Assembly (NCBI GenBank): GCA_014859265.1
Contig: JACUUN010000250.1
Span: 1,240-65,239 of the forward strand
Length of the DNA stretch: 64,000 nucleotides
Source: Coriobacteriia bacterium
GTDB lineage: Bacteria > Actinomycetota > Coriobacteriia > Anaerosomatales > SLCP01
Direction of reading: 5' to 3'
Positions 30,374-38,151 of the stretch are shown piece after piece (the stretch's first letter is position 1; the number at the start of each line of letters is the position of its first letter). Position numbers and translations under genes: made by a program. The notes under the pieces are model-generated. The model made no database searches. It was not told the origin of the DNA and saw only the letters and a list, made by a program, of their open reading frames with translations.

Positions 30374-32434
30374 TTGGGCGCACCCGCCACGGACAAGGTC
30401 CGAAACGTAGTGCTCGTCGGTCACGGGGGATCGGGCAAGACATCGCTTGCCGAGGCCATGCTGCATCTGGCCGGTGTAACGCACCGGCTCGGCAGCGTTG
30501 ACGATGAGCACTCGAACCTCGATTTCGATCCCGAGGAGATCCGTCGAAAGAACTCCATCAGCCTCGCGCTGGCCCCCGTGATGCACGACGGTGTCAAGAT
30601 CAACATCATCGACACACCCGGCTACGCCGACTTCCTCGGTGACGCCATAGCCGGTATGGCCGCGGCGGAGATGGCACTCTTCGTCGTCGATGCGGTGGCT
30701 GGCCCGCAGGTCCAGACCGAACGACTGTGGCGGATCGCGGACCAGATGGGCATCGCCAGGGCGGTACTGATCAACCGCATGGACAAGGAGAACGCCGACT
30801 TCGATGCCGTCATGGCCACGCTCGATGACAGGTTCGGTCACCGAGTAGGGCCCGTGCAGATCCCGATGGGTACGGAGTCAGACTTTCGCGGCGTTATCGA
30901 CATCATTCGCATGAAGGCCTATCACCACGAGGGCGACAAAGAGCAGATCACCGACATCCCCGACGACCTTAGACCCGCCGCCGAGGCGGCGCGTGACAAG
31001 CTCACCGAACTCGTCGCTGAAGCCGACGACGCCCTCATGGAGAAATACCTCCTCGAAGACGAACGGTTGACCCAGGAGGAGCTTGAGACCCTCCTTGACA
31101 AGGCAATCTACCAGGGCATATTCGTCCCTGTGTTTGTCGCCTCGGCCACCGCTCTCCACGGCGTCGAGGACCTCCTCGACGAGATTGTCTCGTTCTTCCC
31201 GCAGCCGACGGCCCACGGACCGATTCCCACTACCGACGGCGGAGCACGCGAGGTCACGACCGAAGGATCGATGTCCGCGTTCGTGTTCAAGACGGTGTCC
31301 GACCCCTACATCGGCAGACTCAACTACGTGAAGGTCGTTTCGGGAACCCTCACGCCCAACAGTGAGGTCATCAACTCACGCACGGGCAAGAAGGAGCGGA
31401 TCGGTCACGTCTACAAGGTCGTCGGGAAGGACGCGACGGACGTCGAGGCGGTCCCGGCCGGCGACATCGCGGTACTGCCTAAGCTGTCCGAAGTCATCAC
31501 GGGCGACACGCTGTCTGCGGACGGCTCGATCACCTTCGCGCCGCTTCCGCTCCCTGAACCGCTCTACCCCGTCGCGATCCAGGCGAAGACCAAGGCTGAT
31601 GAGGACAAACTCGGCACCGCGCTGAACAAGCTCGTCGAGGAGGAGCCGACCCTGCACCTCAACCGCGACGAGGAGACGCATCAGACGGTGCTCTCCGGAC
31701 TTGGCGACGTGCAGATCGAGGTCGCGCTCGCCCATCTCCGCGACCGCAACCACGTCGAGGCCGAGACCATCGACGTCCGCATCCCGTACCGGGAGACGAT
31801 CCGAAAGAGTGCCAGTGCCCAGGGCCGCCACAAGAAGCAGACCGGGGGCTCGGGGCAGTTCGGTGACTGCTCGCTGCGCCTGGAACCCAACCCCGGCAAG
31901 GGCTACGAGTTCGTCGACGAGATCGTCGGCGGCAAGATCCCCCGCCAGTTCATACCCGCGGTCGACAAGGGTATCCAGGACACCATGGTCCAGGGCGTGC
32001 TCGCTGGCTATCCGGTCGTCGACGTGAAGGCTGCTGTCTACGACGGCTCCTACCACTCGGTCGACAGCTCGGAGATAGCGTTCAAGACCGCTGCGCGAAT
32101 CGCGTTCCGCGCAGCCGCTGAGAAGGCTGACCTGATTCTCCTCGAGCCCATCGCGACACTCGAGATCGAGGTGCCGGACGAGTACGCTGGAGCGGTTATG
32201 GGTGACATCAGCTCCATGCGCGGCCGCATCCTCGGCATGGACTCGCCCGAAGCAGGAATCCAGACCATCAAGTCCCAGGTTCCTTACGCTGAGGTAGTCC
32301 ACTACTCACCGCACCTGCGGTCTATCACGAGTGGTGCCGGAACGTACACCATCACGGTCGACGAGTACGCCGAAGTGCCCTTCGATATGGCCAAGAAGAT
32401 CGTCGAGCAGGCAAAGGCAGAGAAGGAGTCCTAG
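30374..32434 (+). CDS. fusA: Elongation factor G paralog (EF-G2-like)
   Basis: GHGGSGKTS, DTPGYADF, INRMDKE, HKKQTGGSGQFG, DGSYHSVDSS. TTG 30374 fits the AAGGAGGAG RBS better than ATG 30368. Confidence 0.92.
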   Translation: MGAPATDKVRNVVLVGHGGSGKTSLAEAMLHLAGVTHRLGSVDDEHSNLDFDPEEIRRKNSISLALAPVMHDGVKINIIDTPGYADFLGDAIAGMAAAEMALFVVDAVAGPQVQTERLWRIADQMGIARAVLINRMDKENADFDAVMATLDDRFGHRVGPVQIPMGTESDFRGVIDIIRMKAYHHEGDKEQITDIPDDLRPAAEAARDKLTELVAEADDALMEKYLLEDERLTQEELETLLDKAIYQGIFVPVFVASATALHGVEDLLDEIVSFFPQPTAHGPIPTTDGGAREVTTEGSMSAFVFKTVSDPYIGRLNYVKVVSGTLTPNSEVINSRTGKKERIGHVYKVVGKDATDVEAVPAGDIAVLPKLSEVITGDTLSADGSITFAPLPLPEPLYPVAIQAKTKADEDKLGTALNKLVEEEPTLHLNRDEETHQTVLSGLGDVQIEVALAHLRDRNHVEAETIDVRIPYRETIRKSASAQGRHKKQTGGSGQFGDCSLRLEPNPGKGYEFVDEIVGGKIPRQFIPAVDKGIQDTMVQGVLAGYPVVDVKAAVYDGSYHSVDSSEIAFKTAARIAFRAAAEKADLILLEPIATLEIEVPDEYAGAVMGDISSMRGRILGMDSPEAGIQTIKSQVPYAEVVHYSPHLRSITSGAGTYTITVDEYAEVPFDMAKKIVEQAKAEKES

Positions 32435-32448
32435 ACCCGAGTGAAACG

Positions 32449-32477
32449 CGTGTGGCCCGGTGTAACCGGGCCACACG
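32449..32477. terminator. Hairpin between the convergent fusA paralog and tRNA-Arg
   Basis: Perfect 13-bp stem CGTGTGGCCCGGT / ACCGGGCCACACG with a 3-nt loop. Confidence 0.75.
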
Positions 32478-32488
32478 GCAAGTTCGGA

Positions 32489-32564
32489 TGGTGCCCTCGA
32501 CAGGATTCGAACCTGTGGCCTTCTGCTCCGGAGGCAGACGCTCTATCCACTGAGCTACGAGGGC
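32489..32564 (-). tRNA. tRNA-Arg(CCG), CCA encoded
   Basis: Reverse complement GCCCTCGTAGCTCAGTGGATAGAGCGTCTGCCTCCGGAGCAGAAGGCCACAGGTTCGAATCCTGTCGAGGGCACCA, 76-nt cloverleaf. Confidence 0.99.
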
Positions 32565-32649
32565 GAGCGCACCGCACTCTAACATACCGGACGCGACGTC
32601 ACCAGAGCACGAAGAGGGGCATGAACCCACCCAGAACAGGGAGGACACG

Positions 32650-33552
32650 GTGCTCGGTAGGACTCTCGTCATCGTGAACCCCGCAGCGCGGCACGGAATA
32701 ACCCGCGATCTGATTCCGGTGGTTTCAGGGCTACTCGACGGGCAGATCGACCACGACTTGGTCGTCACGAAAAACCCGGGACACGCCACGGTCCTTGCGC
32801 GGAACGCAAACGGCTATGACACGGTGGTCGCGGTGGGTGGCGACGGAACCGTGCATGAGGTTCTCAATGGCATCATGCAGCGACCGGCTGAAGGGCGCCC
32901 CGCACTCACGTTGCTTCCCACGGGCACTGGCAACGACTACCGCCGCACCCTCGGCATTTCGTCGAACCTGACGGCAGCCGCACGCCAGATTATCGGCGGA
33001 GCGCGTACCAGCGTCGACATCGGCGTCGTCAACGGCGTCTACTTCGCCAACTCGGTCGCGGTCGGCTTCGACGCACGCGTGACCGCGAAGGCCGTGGAAC
33101 TCAAGAGCACGACCGGCTGGTCCGGAATCATGCTCTACATGCGCGCACTCTTCATCGTCCTGTTCAGGCAGTTCTACACCCATCACGTCACCCTGAGTAT
33201 CGACGATAGTCCGCCGGAGGAGAGGGAGCTCTTGCTGGTGGCCGCGACGAACGGCCCGACCTACGGCGGCGGCTTCAAGATCACTCCGCATGCGAGGGAC
33301 GATGACGGCTTGCTCGATACCTGCATCATCTGGAAGGTCAGTCTGCTCGGTGCCCTCCTGCGCCTCCCCTTCGTCGTGGTCGGTCACCACGGGTGGATGC
33401 GACCGGTTACCCTCGGGCTTCACCGATCGATCCGGGTCGACTCCGAGGTCCCGATCGAAGGCCAGATCGACGGAGAGGTAATCCTCGCCTCGACCTACGA
33501 GATCTCGGTACTGCCGGGAGCCCTCGAGGTCATCGTACCGGGGAGGTGGTAA
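32650..33552 (+). CDS. YegS/DAGK family lipid kinase
   Basis: VIVNPAA, AVGGDGTVHEVLNG, LPTGTGNDY, GFDA, NGPTYGGG, GQIDGE. Confidence 0.92.
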   Translation: MLGRTLVIVNPAARHGITRDLIPVVSGLLDGQIDHDLVVTKNPGHATVLARNANGYDTVVAVGGDGTVHEVLNGIMQRPAEGRPALTLLPTGTGNDYRRTLGISSNLTAAARQIIGGARTSVDIGVVNGVYFANSVAVGFDARVTAKAVELKSTTGWSGIMLYMRALFIVLFRQFYTHHVTLSIDDSPPEERELLLVAATNGPTYGGGFKITPHARDDDGLLDTCIIWKVSLLGALLRLPFVVVGHHGWMRPVTLGLHRSIRVDSEVPIEGQIDGEVILASTYEISVLPGALEVIVPGRW

Positions 33553-33555
33553 CGC

Positions 33556-34350
33556 ATGTCGCTCTTCTCTCTGGTCGACCAGAACATGCAGATGAGGATG
33601 TCACTCTTCGCTGTCGTCCAGGAGGCTGGCATAGACAGCCTCTCTACCCTCCTATGGCCGGTCGCCCTCATGATTCTGGTTGCCTATCTCATCGGGTCGA
33701 TCCCCTTCGCCTATATCATCGTGAAGACCGTCGCCGGAGAGGATATCACCGTTCATGGGACCGGCAACGTCGGTGCCATGAACGTCCGGCGCACCACAGG
33801 TTCGTGGGCATGGTTCACCGTGGCCATGCTCGCCGATGCGCTTAAAGGACTGCTGCCCACACTCGCAGCGGTGACGATACCCCTCATGCTGATCGACCCG
33901 GCCTTGCCCGCTGCCGGAGGAGCCGCGTGGAGTGGACGGGCTGCGCCATACGCCGCCGCCGCAGTGCTCGGACCCCAGGCCGTCGTACTCGGCGCCGTGC
34001 TGGGTCACAACTACTCGTTGTGGCTCTCCATCGCCAAGCGCAAGATACTCGGTGGCAAGGGGCTTGCAACGGGCGGAGGGGCCTTGCTGGCCTACGACTG
34101 GCGGTACTTCCTGTTCGTGTTGGTCGTGGGTCTCACGGTCATCGCCGTGACTCGATACATGATGGCCGGACAGGTGGCCGCGACGCTCTCGCTCCCCGTC
34201 TATGTCATGATAACCGGCCAGCAAGACATGCTGTTCGTCTTGCTCCTCGGCGGGCTCGTATACCTGAGGCACCACCGACGATTCGTCGGTCTACTCAAGG
34301 GCGAGGAACCGAAGCTCTACGTCGAGGACCGCATGGACCCGCGCGGCTGA
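33556..34350 (+). CDS. plsY: PlsY-family glycerol-3-phosphate acyltransferase, divergent
   Basis: AYLIGSIPF, GTGNVGAMNVRR, ADALKG, GHNYS, GGKGLAT; multi-TM. Confidence 0.8.
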   Translation: MSLFSLVDQNMQMRMSLFAVVQEAGIDSLSTLLWPVALMILVAYLIGSIPFAYIIVKTVAGEDITVHGTGNVGAMNVRRTTGSWAWFTVAMLADALKGLLPTLAAVTIPLMLIDPALPAAGGAAWSGRAAPYAAAAVLGPQAVVLGAVLGHNYSLWLSIAKRKILGGKGLATGGGALLAYDWRYFLFVLVVGLTVIAVTRYMMAGQVAATLSLPVYVMITGQQDMLFVLLLGGLVYLRHHRRFVGLLKGEEPKLYVEDRMDPRG

Positions 34351-34366
34351 ATTCACTCGGCAAAGC

Positions 34367-34395
34367 ACGAAGGCCGGCACATGGCCGACCTTCGT
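34367..34395. terminator. Hairpin between convergent plsY and ferredoxin
   Basis: ACGAAGG-C-CGGC / GCCG-A-CCTTCGT interrupted stem. Confidence 0.5.
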
Positions 34396-34414
34396 ATCAC
34401 ACGTGCGTGAACCA

Positions 34415-34588
34415 CTACATCGAGATCGCTTCGCTCGGACACTCGTCTACGCAGATGTCGCACTCGGTGCAGTCGTCGGGACGCGCGAGAACGGCGACGT
34501 CCTCGAGGTCATAGCAGCTCTGGGGGCACTCGTCCACGCAGATGCCGCATGCGGTACAGAGATTCGAGTCGACGACGGGTATGGCCAT
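34415..34588 (-). CDS. 2[4Fe-4S] ferredoxin, 57 aa (below the ORF-track cutoff)
   Basis: MAIPVVDSNLCTACGICVDECPQSCYDLEDVAVLARPDDCTECDICVDECPSEAISM; two CxxCxxCxxxCP motifs; AAGGA RBS; extended -10 TGcTATCAT near 34637-34645. Confidence 0.95.
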   Translation of the reverse strand: MAIPVVDSNLCTACGICVDECPQSCYDLEDVAVLARPDDCTECDICVDECPSEAISM

Positions 34589-34666
34589 GCTTGGTTCCTT
34601 TCTCCGATGACGCCGAAACCCCTTGGGGTGGCGACCATGATAGCACGCACCCGTATCTGCGCCACG

Positions 34667-36235
34667 CTACAGGACCTTGTCCGCCACTTCGGCCGGACTC
34701 CACAGGCAGAACGGGTAGGTCCGATCGGTCACTATCTCCGCATCGCGCTGCTGTGATACGAACCGCTGGCGGCGTTCACGCAGCTCCGCCGCGAGTGGCT
34801 CAACCAGGCTCGCCAGCTCGTTGTTCACCTCCCGGATACGGGCGCCGAGTGACTTGCGATCTGCGCCCGGAGTAGAGATCTCGGCAACGAGAGCCTGCTT
34901 CTCCTCGGCCAGCGCTAGTGCGCTACGCCGCTCCCCGACCGTATCGAACGTCACCTCACCGAGCGCTTCGTCGGGGTTGTGTTCCAGGCGCTGCAACCTG
35001 CGGTCGATGAAAGCGATGTCCTCATCGGTCACCATGACGGCACCGAGAGGGAGATACATCGTGAGCGAAGCCACCGCGTAGGGGGGCAGCGTGATTCCCC
35101 ACCAGCGCTCCGCAAGCCCGTCGGTGATGCGGTCGTACCGGTCTCCTCCGATTCCGTGGATGAAGAGGTCCGCAAGGAAGGTCCGGAAGAACAGCGTCAG
35201 CGTCACTGCCCGGGGCGCGAGGGTGACCCCCGAGCTTTCGAGCGCGATGATCGCGTCCTCGACCTCGTAGGGCAGGAGGACCTGAAGTCCTTCCGGCCCA
35301 AGCAACTCCACACCCGCCCCTGTGTCCTCCACACGCACCGGGAACCTGCCCTCAGGGCCTATGAGCCAGAAGGGTACCTCTACGCGCCGCTGCATGATCT
35401 CGAGGTCCGGGAAGGGCTGCGCCGCAGAGCGGATCCGGTTGAGCGAGCGGTACGCATCGAGTTCGGTGTTATGGCAGACCGCAAAGCGCTCGGCGTCAAG
35501 CAGGATGTCAAGTGCAAACCTTCGGAACGGCCCTGTCGCGGCTGCGGCGGTCACCGGAAGCTCAAGGTAGTCTGTGATGCTCCCCTCGAAGCGCCGCCGG
35601 GCACCGGTGATGAGTTCGGAGAGCGATCTGCTCACGGGCGCGGCTGTGCGAAGCGCGTCGCAGAAGTCAGAGAAGTGACGTGCGATGGCGGGCGCCGGCA
35701 AGGTTGAGAGCATCGATGAGGCCGAGGCACAGAAGTCCTCGATGTGCTCCGCTGAGGGCACGGGCGCGCACGCGTAGCACGAGTCGCGCGTCCCGACGGC
35801 AAGGTACTGTCGGCACCTGGCCACTGCGGGATCGAGACACGGAGCCTTGATGCCCACCCAGTCGAAAGCATCGGTGTCGACCACGATGTCTACTCCCGTA
35901 CCACCCGTCTCTTGGGCGATGCGTTGCAGAAGGAAGTCCTTGATCCACACACCAGAATGGTAGAGGTCAGGCTGATGACCGGTCACCACAATGGGGCCGG
36001 GATCGGAAGACAGCGGCGCTGCGTCGATGCCCCACCTTGCGGTGACGCTTGAGGCGGTCTCCAGAAGCGTCCTGCGCGCCGCCTCCCGCACCGTGCCAAC
36101 CGGCTGCCCTCCGACGTGGAAACGCCACGCGTCCGCCATCCGGGCGTTGGAGCAGGCGAGTTCGGCCCACTCGGCGATCGGGGGACGTGCCACGAGCTCT
36201 CCGTGACCCGATGGCATGTCGGCACGTGCACGCAT
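34667..36235 (-). CDS. Hypothetical protein, distant BshC-like (putative amide/cysteine ligase)
   Basis: ATG 36235 with AGGAGG RBS. IVVTGHQPDLYHSGVWIK, VDIVVDTDAFD, DLFIHGIGGDRY and a C-terminal coiled coil parallel the BshC layout; the family call is my alignment from memory. Confidence 0.5.
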   Translation of the reverse strand: MRARADMPSGHGELVARPPIAEWAELACSNARMADAWRFHVGGQPVGTVREAARRTLLETASSVTARWGIDAAPLSSDPGPIVVTGHQPDLYHSGVWIKDFLLQRIAQETGGTGVDIVVDTDAFDWVGIKAPCLDPAVARCRQYLAVGTRDSCYACAPVPSAEHIEDFCASASSMLSTLPAPAIARHFSDFCDALRTAAPVSRSLSELITGARRRFEGSITDYLELPVTAAAATGPFRRFALDILLDAERFAVCHNTELDAYRSLNRIRSAAQPFPDLEIMQRRVEVPFWLIGPEGRFPVRVEDTGAGVELLGPEGLQVLLPYEVEDAIIALESSGVTLAPRAVTLTLFFRTFLADLFIHGIGGDRYDRITDGLAERWWGITLPPYAVASLTMYLPLGAVMVTDEDIAFIDRRLQRLEHNPDEALGEVTFDTVGERRSALALAEEKQALVAEISTPGADRKSLGARIREVNNELASLVEPLAAELRERRQRFVSQQRDAEIVTDRTYPFCLWSPAEVADKVL

Positions 36236-36249
36236 GGCAGAGGCCCTCC

Positions 36250-36933
36250 TCAGACGAGCATGCCCACGGTGCGGATACCAACCGGCTCGTCGGAGAAGAA
36301 CGGTTCGCCTGCAGCGGTGCCTATGGTGCCACCCCACATCCGCGCTACAGCCTCCATCGTCTCGATCAGGCCAACATTCGCCGGGTTCGCGGAGAACTGC
36401 GAGTGATACATGGCGAGAGCCTCAAGTTTAGCCGGCAGGTCTTCGGTCACGTCGACGACAAACGAAGGCTCCCGGACGAGTCGCAGATGAACCGCCATGT
36501 AGCGGTAGAGACGTGCGGGGTGGTGAGGTTCCCTCGCCATCTCCGTCTTGGTCAGCTTGGCCCAGAAGCGCGCGGCCTGAACGATGGCTGATGCGGCCAC
36601 GTGGTCGGGATGTGCGTCGACGGGATACGGACCGAAGACCACGCGGGGCCGTAGCTCGCGGAAGATCTCGGCCAGAGCGGTACGTGCCTCCTCGGTGTCG
36701 AAGAGACTTCGATTCGGCAGCGTGAGTGTACGGCGCTCGCTCACACCCAGCCGCTGTGCGGCGGCCGCGGCCTCGGCTAGACGGGTCTCATGGGTGCCTG
36801 CCGGAGTGGGTTCGCCGTCGGTAAGATCGACGATCGCAACGGACAGCCCCTCCCGCACCATTCCGGCAACGGTTGCTCCCATGCCGATCTCAACGTCGTC
36901 GGGGTGTGCCCCCACGCACACGACATCGGTCAC
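36250..36933 (-). CDS. bshB1: BshB1/PIG-L family N-acetylglucosaminyl deacetylase
   Basis: GTG 36933; VGAHPDDVEIGMG, DLTDGE, RLAEAAAAA, DAHPDH, LAMYHSQF, GEPF. Confidence 0.85.
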   Translation of the reverse strand: MTDVVCVGAHPDDVEIGMGATVAGMVREGLSVAIVDLTDGEPTPAGTHETRLAEAAAAAQRLGVSERRTLTLPNRSLFDTEEARTALAEIFRELRPRVVFGPYPVDAHPDHVAASAIVQAARFWAKLTKTEMAREPHHPARLYRYMAVHLRLVREPSFVVDVTEDLPAKLEALAMYHSQFSANPANVGLIETMEAVARMWGGTIGTAAGEPFFSDEPVGIRTVGMLV

Positions 36934-36937
36934 CGCG

Positions 36938-37642
36938 TCACGTCCTCTCCGCGCCCAGCGCCTGTCGCCAGACGCGCATGTAGTAGCCGAACCGGTGCTC
37001 AGGGTCGTCAAACGCCTCGCCGAAGGAGCGGTTGTGGTCGCAGTAGATTCGCTCGACAGCCAGTTCCCGCACCAGCAGCCCCGCACGGTAGGCCTTCGCC
37101 CACATCTCGACGGGCATGGCGTAACCAGGCTCGCAGAGCTCGATTCCGTCCAGAGCCGAGAGCCGGTATGCCTTGAAGCCGCAGAACGCGTCGGTAAGCG
37201 TCCAACCGCTCACGCGGTTGATCTCCTCGGTGACCCGCCGATTCACCTCCTGGCGCTGACCCGGAGCGACAATGCCGAGCTCCTCGCTGTCGGGCAGGTA
37301 CCGACTCCCCGAGACGATGTCCCAGCCCTCGTCGAGAACCGCCAGGAACCCGGGGATGTGCGCGGGTTCATGCTGGCCGTCGCAGTCCATCGTCACTACG
37401 CGATCGCACCCGCGTGCGCGCGCCACCGAGAACCCCTCGGCAAGTGCGCGCCCGTAGCCCATGTTGAAAGGGTGTGTGATCACCGAGACGTCGTGGCGCT
37501 CCGCAAGCACGCCCGCCGTGTCGTCGGTCGAGCCATCATCCACAACGAGGACGTCACCGTGGAAGTACCGCCGTACGGCGTCGAGCACCGCGCCTACGGT
37601 TCCCTCTTCGTTGTACACCGGAAGCAGCACCGCATCGGACAT
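36938..37642 (-). CDS. Family 2 glycosyltransferase (DPM1-like, no TM tail)
   Basis: LPVYNEE, VVDDGSTD, NMGYGRAL, TMDCDGQH, VSGSRY, DAFCGFKAY. Confidence 0.92.
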   Translation of the reverse strand: MSDAVLLPVYNEEGTVGAVLDAVRRYFHGDVLVVDDGSTDDTAGVLAERHDVSVITHPFNMGYGRALAEGFSVARARGCDRVVTMDCDGQHEPAHIPGFLAVLDEGWDIVSGSRYLPDSEELGIVAPGQRQEVNRRVTEEINRVSGWTLTDAFCGFKAYRLSALDGIELCEPGYAMPVEMWAKAYRAGLLVRELAVERIYCDHNRSFGEAFDDPEHRFGYYMRVWRQALGAERT

Positions 37643-37653
37643 CGACGGCCTTC

Positions 37654-38100
37654 CTATCTCGACGGTGTGCCGGGCACGGGAGCCTCACGGACCTCGAACG
37701 AGGTCACGGTCCGTACCTGCGGGCCGAGCATACCACCGACCGAGCAGTACTTCTCCTCGGAGAGCTGTATCGACCGGCGCACCGCCTCCTTGGACACGCC
37801 GAAGCCGGTGACGATGTAGTGGAGGCGGATCTCGGTGTAGATCTTGGGATACTCGTCGGTACGTTGCTCGCCCTGGACCAGAATCTCGATACCCCGGACG
37901 TCCTGCCGCTTCTTCTCCAGGATGGAAATCACGTCCATAGCGGTGCATCCGGCGATCCCATAGAGCACCAGCTCGATGGGGCGCACTCCCGATGCCTCCC
38001 CGTGGTACTCGGAACGGGCATCCATAACGATGCCGTGGCCGCCATCATCCCACCCGACAAGCTGCCGCTTCTCGCTCCAGCGAACGCGAACAGTGTCCAT
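37654..38100 (-). CDS. OsmC/YhfA family protein
   Basis: RPIELVLYGIAGCTAMDV...SEEKYCSV with two conserved Cys. Confidence 0.9.
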   Translation of the reverse strand: MDTVRVRWSEKRQLVGWDDGGHGIVMDARSEYHGEASGVRPIELVLYGIAGCTAMDVISILEKKRQDVRGIEILVQGEQRTDEYPKIYTEIRLHYIVTGFGVSKEAVRRSIQLSEEKYCSVGGMLGPQVRTVTSFEVREAPVPGTPSR

Positions 38101-38151
38101 ACACCGCGCCTCTCATGGTCGGTTGGCCATCGCGCTGTGTATGTACCCCTC

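Noticed and set aside
32435-32650. tRNA-Arg(CCG) or tRNA-Ala as an integration site for an island
   Set aside because: No integrase, no duplicated tRNA 3' end and no visible compositional shift on either side.
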